A stretch of DNA of 64,000 nt from Takakia lepidozioides (lineage: Eukaryota > Plantae > Bryophyta). The notes under the pieces were generated by a model, which was not told the DNA's origin, did not search any database, and saw only the letters and a program-made list of their open reading frames with translations. Every line of letters begins with the position of its first letter. Positions within the stretch are counted from its first letter, which is position 1. Below, in pieces: positions 36,017 to 47,900 of this stretch. The position numbers and the translations under genes were made by a program. The stretch is taken from positions 24,738,001 through 24,802,000 of the forward strand of contig CM060733.1 of assembly GCA_030704615.1 (NCBI GenBank), given 5' to 3'.

Positions 36017-37151
36017 TCATGTGAGTAAGTGCATGTTCTTTTGTGGCAACTCATAGACCCCATGACGGATCCTTTTGGTGCTCCTTTTTGTGGCTGCAGT
36101 TGGCTTCCAGAATATTTACGAACTTTACTCATTACTGTGTGGTTGCAGGAGTCCTATGACGCCACGGTTTCTGCCCTTCTTTGCCAACCTGGATTTTTTT
36201 CCAAGTCCTCCAGCACAATTTCATTTGCCATCTTATGCGGAGGCTGCGGCTAAGGAGTATAGTCTGTTGGCATCTCCTCCTTCTCTGCTACACGAAAGAC
36301 ATGGTTTTCAGCAGAGCATGGCTAGCGTCTTTGTGGACAGTTTTGCCTTCGTCTTGAACAGTGCGTCCTGTAGCAGTGGATCTTCTTTGTCCGAATGAAT
36401 CGATTCTTGTGAAGGGTTTGTTTAAAAACTAAGAATTCACCTGTTTGCCTTCTTTATGATTGAATGTGATCCTCTCTATCAACCTTGTATAACTGGGAAA
36501 ATGACATGTGGTCCTTCTCAATCAACAAAGCAATGTGGACTCAAAGTTTGCAATGTACACTGCACCCGGCATAATTGATTTTCAAGCAAGACAATCATGA
36601 TTTCATGCATCTCCGAGCTTTTGGGAGCTACCACTACAAACAACTATCTAATCTTTCATTTACGTCATTCATCCACCTCTCATTCGTTATACAAACATTC
36701 ATCCGACATTCATCCCTCATTCATCCAAGGAACATCCATATCCGACCTTCTGATACTGGCCACTGCGCAGTAATAGGTCTTCTAAGTCGACTGGATGTCC
36801 GCGGTTATAGGTAGGCAGGTCCTCAAGCGTGAGCAGATTTCTGCTCACGCAATTTTTTGCTCACGGGATCTGCTCACACAATAGCATCCCCCCAGACATA
36901 CCGACATCCTTGTTTCATCAGCTAGAACAATTACTAACCAGAACTCATAAAATGAAGGCCACCATCCATTACCCAGCTGCCCTCTCCCACACCCACGCAC
37001 CCGCCACATTGACTCGGATTAAAACAAACAAAACTTGGAACATTGTGATACCACGTCCCCCCCAGGTCGTGCCAACAACACCAGCTCTCCCCCCAATTCC
37101 CGCAATATATCAACAGAACACCACCCCCAAATACCCACCGACCAATTTGTC

Positions 37152-38146
37152 TTCTGTTTCATGTTTTGTGTTGGTCTGTTCTCAATTCAATTCGTTTGGC
37201 TCCTGCTTCATTCTATGTTGCACTGCACTCTCTTCAGTGCACTTTCATCTCTGCTTCAGTGCTTCAGTGTACATTTGGTTTCTGTATCATTGTCTGCTTC
37301 GTTGTTTGCTTCATTCCTGCCTTCATTCTTTGTCAATTCATTTCACTCTTGCTCCATTCTATGCTTTAGTGCACTCCTGCTTCATTGCTTCATTGTTATT
37401 TTCCAATTCACCGATGGTTTGTAAGGTGGTTTTGTGTGGTGTTTTTGTGTGCAATAGGGTTTTTTTGTGCTTGTTTTGATAGATTAGGGTAATGGTTTAG
37501 GGTGGCGGGAGATTACCGTGCTGGTTGTATTGCTTGTTTTGTTCAATTTGGTGGTGTTTTGAGGACAGTGGTTTCGAAATAGTCCGGATTATTATTTCTC
37601 AACCGTTTTCTTGATCCCCAATATTCAACATTAGTTTGTTAAGATTGTCAATATATTGTTGATGCATTTCTCGTCCGCCCCGCCATATCCAATTTTGTCC
37701 AATTTGGCAATTCTGAAAAACCACGATAGCCTAGTCTACTTGTATTCTACACTAGACAGGGTAATAGTAGGCTTCTTGTAGGCCATAGTAGACTATTCGT
37801 AGACCCATGTCATGCACATGAGGAACAAAAAACTGGAACCTCCACTACCCAGTGGAGGTTCGCGTGAAGTCTGTTTGGGGAAGCTGAAAATATTTTTTTA
37901 AAGTAAGGACGAAATCAGATAATTCCGGGAAAAATGAAAATCACTGTTAGAGGTTGTGGGAATGAGTGATGGAATGATATGTGTAACATTGTAAGTGTAA
38001 CACATACTTTCCAACGAGACTGGAATACGATAATTGGGAACCTCCACTAGCCAGTGGAGGTTCGATATTTCTTTGGGTCAGCCAGTTACACACTCTGATT
38101 ATTTTTTCCGTCAGTATGAGAAAGAGGAGCGCGGGTGGGGAACCGG
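37152..38146. mobile_element. Unclassified ~1-kb insertion splitting the LINE just before RNase H
   Basis: Removing it restores ACC AAT TTG TCA CAT TAC ACT GAC GGA TCC (TNLSHYTDGS); tgtc direct repeat on both sides; two GAACCTCCACT-N4-AGTGGAGGTTC hairpins. Confidence 0.7.
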
Positions 38147-40669
38147 TGTCACATTACACTGACGGATCCCTCACCAAACCTAATGCAGGGTATGGAATTT
38201 ATCACGCCACCACCGGTCAAGGCATTGCCCGCAGGCTCCCTGGCCCTGCCACCATCCTTAGGGCTGAACTCATGGCCATTTATGATGCTCTATCTCTACT
38301 TGACACCTTCTCTCCCCCATACTACATCTTCACCGACAGCCTTACCTCACTATTCCTCATTCAAAACCACATCTCTCGCCTCTCTGCCCATCATCATCAC
38401 CCCGACCGCAACCTCATTACCGCTATTGTGCAGAGGTCCATTTCCTTAGGCCATCCAGTCCATATACTCAAAGTCTGTTCGCACACTGGCATTCATGGCA
38501 ATGAAGAAGCAAACCTACTCGCCCAACTTGGCGCCTCCTAACCCACAGTTGAACCCACGAACGACCCTATCCACATCGCCTACACCCACCCCTTCTGGTT
38601 CATACACCCCGTTCTGGACCCCCCTGCACATAGACCAGTTCGAAACCTTCTGACCACTCTAACCAGAGAAGCAAATAAACAAGCTGCAGCCTCCATCAGC
38701 CATACCAAAGTACACATCCAGAAGTGGACTCAATCCAATGTCCTGCACCATAAACTCTCAAATCATTTCTGGATAACCAAAGCTACCACCGACGCACAAA
38801 TCCGACAAACACTCAAATTCCGGTATGCCCAATACATGGGCCACCAGCGCAAACACATCTTTTGGCCACATCTGTTCCCATCCCCATACTGCCCGTTATG
38901 TGCAACCACCCACCAAGCTTGTGACACTTCATGGCCACATCTCCTCAGCCAATGTACGCACCCAATCATACATGGCCTCCATATCACGCGACATAACCAG
39001 GCAGTCAGGCACCTCCACTAAAACGTGTTGAGACCCGATGGTTCTCGCTCATGAATGCAGGCACCTACCAAGGACGGCCACCCGACCACATTGTACCCCC
39101 ATGGCTACTGCCATGCATATGTACCCGAAAGACAAACCAGGACAAGAAAAATGTGGTTGTCAAATTGAGCTAGTTACAAACATCCATTGATCCGTAACTA
39201 ATTTTGATGGAAGTGATGGAAGTGCTCTGAGTCCACTGTCAAAACCTTCATGCACAACACAAAGCTAAATACAGCACATCAAGTTGGAAACCTCTACTTA
39301 AATCCAGTAAATCAGTGTACAACTACTACCAATTTGCAGAGCTACATGTCTTAGTTCCAACTAGTACTCCATTCAACAGAAGGAATATGCTCCAGGGCCA
39401 CCCATAAATGAAAGCCCTGAATTGTTACACTACTCTGTCCTTATTCAACAACTTCACAACTTCATTTGAGAAGAACAAATGACTCCTTTGATCTATAGAA
39501 ATCTCGAACCCCTGCACCTCTTATGTCTTCAATAGATTCAACCATATTAAAATATCTAGTTTAAAACAAAACTAACATCCCTGGAAACTAAGGTGAGCCA
39601 ACTTGCGCCCAACCACCTCAAAACATTCCAGAGAAGTCCAAAGCACATTATAACGATTTAGTGGAGGACAAAGAAAGACCCCAACATTTTTTCAAGGGGG
39701 GAAATTTCCAATTTTCTTATTGAAATCTCGGTTTTTTCCAGTTCTATCATGAGAGAAAATTCATTACTGGATAACCAACCTTCCCCACAGTTGTTTTGCT
39801 TGTAGCTCCTTTGTAGTGCCATTTGGGGAGGTTGGTGAAGATGAGAAGGGCAGCACAAAAATTCTCTTGCAATTTTACTACAGTCTAAATCGATGGAATG
39901 TAGAATTTTGGCAATGGTGAGCAGGTGGGTATGATGTGAGGAGATTTCAGGTTTGTTTTACATGAAAACCGACAGGTTTTGAGGGTTCACATCTCCTCTG
40001 CCTGAAATTCTCCTCTAAACCACAAGCAATACAGAAGGTGGTTGCAGAGGGACCCCACTAGATCAGTGGCCTTGTGGAAAAGGTTCGCCATCCCAATACT
40101 GTTCACTACTGTAGTGAACAACCCATGTCGGTTCAATTTGCCAAATTCTTGAAAAGGTGGGTCCTACTGAGATCTACCTCTGGCGTTCAGTCATAATTGA
40201 CTTACAACATTGGTAACAATGGTACACGTCGCAGGTGGTTGGGTCCAGCAACTACTAGGTGAAAGCCTGACTCTAATAAGACATAAGAGCATCACTATCC
40301 CCACAACTCACCATCCATTTCATTGAATTCACATTTTGTCATGATCGTTATCCAAACAACTCGATCTTAGAAAAACGTTAAAAATATGCCCCGCTTATCT
40401 TTGCAATCCGACGGCGTCGCTGGAAACATGCCCGTTAACTGTCATCACAGCCGGTACTCGATACAACGTACATACATGATAACTTCAAAATTCCCATTCT
40501 TCCCACCTACAAGTGTTTCAAAGAAATTTATCTCACAGCACTCCGTTCACTCACCGCTATTATCACCAACAAACGCCAATTGAAATCCGGCACTTCAAAT
40601 GCACCCTAGGTCCCCCATGATACCCCTGGGTCCCCAGGGGTACCCTCGCCTCCTTTATTCTCAAACGGT

Positions 40670-40768
40670 CACCTGGTGTCCCACTTGATAGGGCCCAACC
40701 CCGAAAGGGGGCAGTAGCCGCAAGGCGAAGTGGCTCTTAGTTACGTCGGAGTCTTCTCTCTCTCTCTC
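40670..40768 (+). mobile_element. Short non-LTR retroelement 3' end with structured RNA motif and (TC)n tail
   Basis: Shares the three-way-junction motif of the SINE at 51453-51626 and of the TSD-flanked stub at 58635-58740; 5' boundary uncertain. Confidence 0.55.
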
Positions 40769-40778
40769 TTAGAAATGT

Positions 40779-43740
40779 GATAACGTGGAGGTCCTAGATT
40801 CAAGTATGAATTGCCTAATATATGTAGAACAATGAACATATCGCCATTGGACAGAATCGGAGTCAATGGTCAACAAGTTTTTGAAATTTAAATTTCAAAT
40901 TCAAATTTTCCCACCTAAATTTAAATGTACCCCCCCTAAACTGCGACGTCCGGGCGTCTGACGAGCCCTGAGCGCCCGCGGTCAGGGCGATGGCATACTA
41001 GCTAGGGGGGTCGTGGTAAGTTGCGCTGTAGGTTGGGCTCACTGAACCACCTACCCGGCTGCAGTTAGTGCAGGGGGTCCGTGGTCGTGAATGTCACAAT
41101 CTAATTCCTACCAGCAAAGATGAGTCACGTGCTCCGCTTCACAGGGCGAGTTTGCGTTTCCTAAGTCTGACGGGGTTCTACCATCTACCAAGTAACTGCC
41201 TTCCAAGTCTTTCATTTACTATCAGTTCCTACCACCTAAGCTTCCGAGCTGCCTATAGCCGGGATGTGTAGTAATCCCTTCACAAGGCACCTACCAGGGA
41301 GGAGAGGGATAATCTTCCTCTCCCACTGCCCCTCCTTCACCGAATACCTGAGTTCAAGTCACTCCTGGTGGAAGGGCTAATTCTCCCCTATTCTCATGCC
41401 CAACGGCTTTGTCTAGGCTGAGGGGGGGGGGGGGGGGCGCAACGTAAATATCATCAGTCAATATGTGCAAGGAAAACCCGATACGGTGAGTCCAAGTCCC
41501 GTACGCGAATAAATGCGAGAGGTGTAATAACCTCTTATTACTTTACAAGTCAATTCCTATGCATTAAAGCCAATTTAAGCAATTTCGCCATAAAGAAATG
41601 CTAGAAAATAAAGAAAATTAGAGAAATCCAGAAAAATACCTCCCCTATGGGAAATCACGTGGGGATTCCAAAAATGCATTTGGAACCTAGAATGGACCTA
41701 GGGAACCCTTTGAGAACCAGATTATAGCTTGGGAACCCCCGAGAACCATTCCCTGCCGTGGGGAACAACCGCAACTATCGGATGAACAAAACTCATGCGG
41801 ATTTCATCCCTGCCAATTCATCCGTCAGTCCGAAACGTGCATGCTCACATGCTAAAGCATTCATATGGTGGGACCAAGCCTAACTCCTCACACTTATATT
41901 AAATAAAGGGGCCTGGGGCACTTTTCTCCCTTTGGAAACGGTCATCCCCTACCTTAGGCCCTGACACCACTTGGCACTGTAGCCGGTATTCAAGGATAGA
42001 GTACTTCTGCTCATCCCTAGTCTCTCAACGTTTCAGTCTCTCTCTAATGACTTAGAAACTCTCTGAGCCACTTCTCTGGCATGTAAGGAAGCCCCCTTCC
42101 GGGCCTACGCTCTTTCCAAATCTTAGAATTTTTCCTCCCTGGGAGCCCTGTCTTCCAGGACTTCAACCCTTAAAGGGGTAAGAATTAAAGCAAATAGTAG
42201 AAGGTTAGAAGAACCCTCTTAAAAAGATATCACCCCTGCTGTATCCGCAGGGTAACCGCGCCCGCCCACGTGGCGGGGCGTGGCTCGGCATGGGCCGGTC
42301 CAAGCTGCAAACCGTCGGTCCCTGCCGCGATTAAAGCCGGCGTCCGCCGGTCCCTGGGCAAATGTATTATCTGGCGGTAAAGTCCCACCTTTCTGCACGC
42401 GCGAGCGTCCCTGTTCTCAGGGCCACGCGGCTATGTCCTTTCTGTTGGGGTACGACGGAAGTCAGCGCTGGGGTCCTCCGCAGCCCGTACGTCGTGGCGC
42501 CAGCCACGGCCGCCGTCCCCGCTCCCTTACTTTAGTGCCTAGCTATGGGGCGCAGCACCCGGAGTACCCCCGGGCTGCTCGCTATGGTGGGCAAGTCCTA
42601 TCAGTCAGAAAAAACACCCTCCCATTCCCAAAAAAACACTACCCTCCCCGAGGCCTTCATGGCCTTGCTTGGGGGGGGTCAAATTAGCTCATAGAGAGGC
42701 CTTAGAGTGGCCTAAAACATACCTTCAGCCTGCTGGTACCTCTTTCCAGAGCTGGTATATGGTGTCAATCAGTCACTAAGGACATAATAATATCACTCTG
42801 TTATCAAGGTAAGTAAAAGCTCAATGGTACTCCTTCCATTGGCATCATGGGGTATTCCCCTTGTCAAGCATGACTCAAAATCAACATAGATTCACAAGAC
42901 ATCCACGTCTTCAAAGGGTTTCAATTCAATCAATTTTCAATATTCAAGATCAAGCTTGCTAGCCAACAAGCTTCTCATACATAAAGGGAGAAGTGAGGAT
43001 GTGACAACCTTCCAGTGTGAGTGTGCTTGAGATGCTCTAATGACCCAAGGGTGGTACTCTAGGCAGCCCTTCTTGGTGCTCGTCTCTACGTCCACGCCGG
43101 CCTTCCTACTCATCTTCAAGTCATCCTCCTCTACATGAATTTGCACATAACCTCCTTCATGAATTCCCCAAGGCCTCAAGGCCAAAATGAACTAGGCTTC
43201 CTTGCCCTAGCTCTCAATCCATCTACCTAACTAGGGAGCTTCAAGCTCCATTCCCTAGGATCTAGCCCTCCTCAAGCCAAGAACTAGCAAGCACTACAAC
43301 AACAAGCACGAGGAAACTAAACAAATGAGCTAGATGAAGAGCAAGGAGGGCTTTGCCCTCCATTTATACTAGTTTTGAGTCCAATAAACTAAGGACAAAT
43401 ATTTCTTAAACTATTGTATCCTTGGAGGAACTATAATTTAATATTCAACATGGATGAAAAGTCTAGAGGCCAATGAAAGCTGTATTTTCATCCATCCATA
43501 TGGATGACCAGTTGGCGCGAGTTGTCATTTCATCCATCCAGCTCTTCCAGGCGAATTTTAGGATTTTTCATCCATCCATGAAGTAAAACCCCAATTAATC
43601 GGCTACCGTGAGTGTCGTCGACTCAATAATTTGGCGCTGCTGCTAATCTGCTCCATAAATCACCAAACTTGGTGACAAACTACAATTATATACCCCGTAT
43701 CAGCTTGTAAATTCTCAGGTCCATCGGTGGTAAAAAGTTG
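40779..43740. mobile_element. Probable LTR-retrotransposon non-coding remnants (boundaries unresolved)
   Basis: No coding homology; TGATAAC...GTTATCA inverted ends (40779 / ~42806), a G-run, a GC-rich block and a TATA-like box on the - strand (~43361). No matching TSD. Confidence 0.3.
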
Positions 43741-44329
43741 CTCGTTTCGCCATTCGTTGTAGTTTCGCTACATAAAGATTTTGTTTGTTTGTTGGAAATC
43801 AAATCCCTGGTGGTGGCTCTGGGGTCTTTGACCCTGCCACTGAGTCATAGGTTGTCCGGAGTCCCCTCCTGTTGTCCCGCACCGCTAACAAGCCCACGCT
43901 TCTCCGATTGAAGTCGTCCTGACCTGTTGTCGCTTCGATGCAGCCATTCGCTTTGTTGCGATATTTCATCGTTGTACAGTTTGTTTCTTCCAATTGCCAA
44001 GCTGTGTTCCTACTAGACTTGAAAGGCGGGAGAACAAAGAGATCGCAATTTGGGACTGGAACAGTCGTCTGTATTGTTTGAACAAGATTACCTTGCCATT
44101 ACTGGTACCGAATTGGCAGCCTAATCTGCTGTCGATGTAGTTTCCTACGGTCAACTTGACGCCAGAGTTCCACTCCATTGTCGTCGGAGACACTGTCTAA
44201 TTTCATACGTGCTTTACCAACGATTTTCAGACAACTAACAAACTGACATGTTTTGGCAGTACAATGCCGAAACTGATTGTCTTATGATAAAAAACGTTCT
44301 GAAAAGAAAAGTATACCAATATATGCATC

Positions 44330-44642
44330 TACAGCGTCGCACTTTGTGACACCCAGACGTCGCTAATTCGACATTGCAAAGTATGAATTTTTTAAGTTTT
44401 ATTTTTTTATTTTTTATGTTTTTTGGTTTGCGACTCCCAGGCGTTGCAAGTCGCAGTGACGTGGCGTTACAAACCCCATCCGTCGCAAAATTGCGATGTT
44501 TTTCCAACGACGCCCTTGCGACGGTCCTGCGACGCCCGGGCGTCACAAAAATTGCTCCTTCCCCCTGCCCGAAAAGGGCTGTTTAGTGACGTCGCGACGT
44601 GGCTGCGGTGTCAAACCCCCCCCCCCCCCCTTTCCTGTAATG
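44330..44642 (+). mobile_element. Right terminus of a second CACTA element
   Basis: Dense CGTCGC/GCGACG subterminal repeats ending in (C)nTTTCCTGTAATG, one mismatch from a CACTACAGGAAA TIR. Confidence 0.6.
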
Positions 44643-44939
44643 GAAGTAGCGCATCATGTAGCTGATCATCCATGACTACACTGCACATAAGAGGTAGACA
44701 ATGGGTTTTAGAGAAGGTGGTCTTGAGTGCCTGCACCTATGATCTCCAGCCAGGGATACCTTCACCTCATTTGTTACTATTCATGGACAGCCAAATCAGG
44801 CCTTGAGGCTCAAGCCAATAGTCACATCGGAGTGCAGCAGTTGAATCACAACCGACTCGGAGTCTAGGAAAGAGAAGAGCTGGAACTCAACAAGAAGCTT
44901 CCACCAAACTATCCAAATTCTCTATAAGCGAGAGATCTA

Positions 44940-47900
44940 CCACACATACTAACACATGAATAAATCAACCAGGATCATCAAGAAGGCTGGACCAGCCCTA
45001 TGCAGCCAAGGTGCCATGAGAATCCAGGGCCAAGGGTTGCTGATCAACACAAAAGAGGTTGAGAAGAGGAGCTGGATCAGGAAGAGGGGCTGCATCAGCA
45101 ACAACAAGGTCATCCAAGGTGAGCATAGGCCTGCTAACATGAGGATCAACACGGGTCAGTGCATCAGCATTGGTATTTTCCTTGCCCTTCTTATATACAA
45201 GTACATAGCCATCTAGCAAGTCTGCCATGTAGCTCCCTTGGCTTAACAAGAGCTTTTAGTGGAAGGTGATCAGTTTCAACCACAAAACGGCTGCCATGTA
45301 AATACTGCCTAAAATGCTTCACACCAAATACCAGGACCAGACCCTCTTTATCAGATATGAAATAATTTTGCTCATGACGATGATCTAGACGGCGGGAGGT
45401 ATAGGCTATGACACGCCCTTTGTCTTCTATAACTTTACACAAGATGACAGATATAGCAACATCGGATGCATCAGTTTGAAGCAAAAAAAAGCAATTCAAA
45501 GTCAGGGAACATCAAGATGGGTGCTGAACACAAGGCTTTGCGGAGGGTGTCAAAAGCAGCTTGCTGAGAGAAGGTCCATTCAAACCTGGTATCTTTGCAC
45601 AACACCTTAGTTAGAGGGTGTGCAAGCTTGGCAAAGTTTTTGATGAAGCGCCGATAATAAGAAGCCAAACCAAGGAAGGACTTGATACAATGTTTATCGC
45701 GAGGAATAGGAAAGCCCCAAACAGCTTCAAGCTTAGCAGGTTCAGGAAGCAAACCATCCTTTAATAAAACATGACCAAGAAAGTACAACTCAGGCATAAA
45801 ACAGCTCACATTTCTTTGGTTTTATCTTCAGGCCTGCAGAGCACAACTTGCTGAATACACGTTGCAGGTCAATCAAGTAAGCATCAAAGCTGGCTGAGTA
45901 TACGTTGATATCATCTACATAAATTATGAGAGCACATTCCTAGCAAAGGTTGCCCAAGACAATGTCCATGAGACGTTGGAAGGTGGATGTGGTGTTGCAA
46001 AGACAAAATGACATTGTCTCATATTGGTATTTGCCCATGCGACACACAAAGGAAGTCTTTTCTTTGGCTGCATCAGTGAGAGGGAATTGCCAAAAACTAG
46101 ATGCAAGATCAAGAGAGGAAACGTGCAATTGATCTAAGGTCTCATTGATCATGGGTAGAGGGTAGGCATCCTTCTTAGTAACGTCATTCAACTTCTTGAA
46201 GTCAACACAAAATCTGATAGTGCCATCTTTCTTGCCAACCATGACAATTGGACTGGTCCAAGGAGAGACTGATGGTTTGATAACACCAGCATCAAGCATC
46301 TTCTGCACTTCTTCCTGAACTATAGCATGCTCCTTAACACACTTTCGGTTTGCAAATTGCTTAATATGAGGTCCTTGTGTGACTATATCATATTGAAGGA
46401 TGGGAGTACGTCCCAGATCAGTGGATCCTAAGTTGTAGACATCTAGATTCTTGGCAACAAGCAGCTCGACTCTCTTCTTCTGGTCAGATGAAAGAGTAGT
46501 GCCTAATTTAATTTTTGGTGAGGGAAGCCTTACCTTCAGGGCTCAGATTAGGGAGGGGTAGTGGAACAAGGGCAGCAAAGACCGCAACAGCATCCACAGG
46601 GTCTTGTTGAATGCCAATGGCCTCCAATCCAAAGCCGGCTTGAACTTCTTGTATCTCAGAGATGGGCAAGGCAATAATGCAATCCAGAACTTGACCCTTC
46701 TTAATAATCACAAGAAAGCGCTCAGGATTAGCAATTAAAATCTTGACCTCTTGTCTATATCCCCTATCTATCACACCAGTAGCAGCCAGACAATGCTTAG
46801 GGGCAGTAATCTTCTCCACCCTTCAACTTCAAGGAAATGGGCAGTTGGACATAAGAAGGCTAGGCCAGATCTAACCACTTTCTGTGTCATGGCAGGAATA
46901 GTGATGTTGACAGGTGCACGAATCAAACTGGAATTTCGGGGAACAACGTACTATGGGCATCCCTGTCTTGCCACCAATATTAGAAACATGCCACTGATAT
47001 AACAGTTGCAGATCAGGTTGGAATTTGTAAAAATCATTCCAATTGAGGTTGGAGTGAGAGTTTTGTTGTACCTCTTTCATAAGGGTCTGCACTCTTGAGA
47101 GATGGGTTGTGGCAGAGCCAGCCTTGAGTTGCACTGCCTTCAAAGGGACAATTACTTCATGGCTCTCGCCATTGTTAAAGCGAAGGGAGTAGCCGGCCAG
47201 ATTGATGGTGGCACCTGCTCCAGTCTTCCAGTCAAGACCAAGTAAAAATTGATCTCCAATAGTAACTATGCAGGTGACTACAACCTCTTTCTTATGAATT
47301 CGGATGGGTACAGTGACCAGGCCCAAAGGTTCATAGTGAGATCCATCTGCAATCAACACTTCAATACCAGAAACAGGGGATAACTTAAGACCAAGAACCC
47401 TCACAATATTCAAAGGGATTGTTGTTATGGTGCATCCAGTATCCACTACACAAGGGAAGCTTAGCTCATGGATGTGGCATTGGGCCATGAGGGGGCTGAT
47501 CTGTTGTCCTGTAGACTGCCTGCTAAGAGGACAATGTAAAGCCTTAAAGTTAGTGGACAAGACAACTTGCATTGGAACAATAGAGGTAGGGTTGGTAGAT
47601 GAAGGACCTCTTGCCCCCTTCCCAAGAGGTCTATCTAGTTTAAAGGAGGGGAAAAACTGATAGCAATCTTCTTGCTCTGGATCAGTTCTGGCAGCCCTTC
47701 TCTATCTGGACAATGCTTGATCCAATGTTCAAGGGATCCACAAATATAACATGCAGCACGATTGCCTTTATAAGCTTGACCAGTCTGGGTACGACCCCTA
47801 TTGTTACCACCTGCTTGACCTTGAGCATGCCTAGGTTGCCAGCGTTGTTGATGTGCCTGCATTGCAACAAACTGAGTGGCTACAGACTCACTGAGACTCT

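Larger units (their letters stand above)
25567..36892 (-). mobile_element. Mutator-like element (MULE) inserted in the LINE
   Basis: 10-12-bp target duplication cagacatacc(ga) at 25557 and 36893; imperfect TIRs (GCTACCGTGTGAGCAG / CTGCTCACACAATAGC); mirrored subterminal GTGAGCA and GGATGAATG repeats at both ends; internal MULE transposase. Confidence 0.82.

Noticed and set aside
36829-37479. 216-aa membrane-protein-like ORF
   Set aside because: Chance fusion of MULE TIR, LINE coding sequence and a T-rich insertion.
39130-40660. Possible gene or TE coding region
   Set aside because: No convincing ORF, splice pattern or terminal structure; left unannotated.
40691-40736. Hammerhead or HDV-like ribozyme
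   Set aside because: The topology is a three-way junction, but the CUGANGA core and the HDV nested pseudoknot are absent; kept as an unclassified RNA motif.
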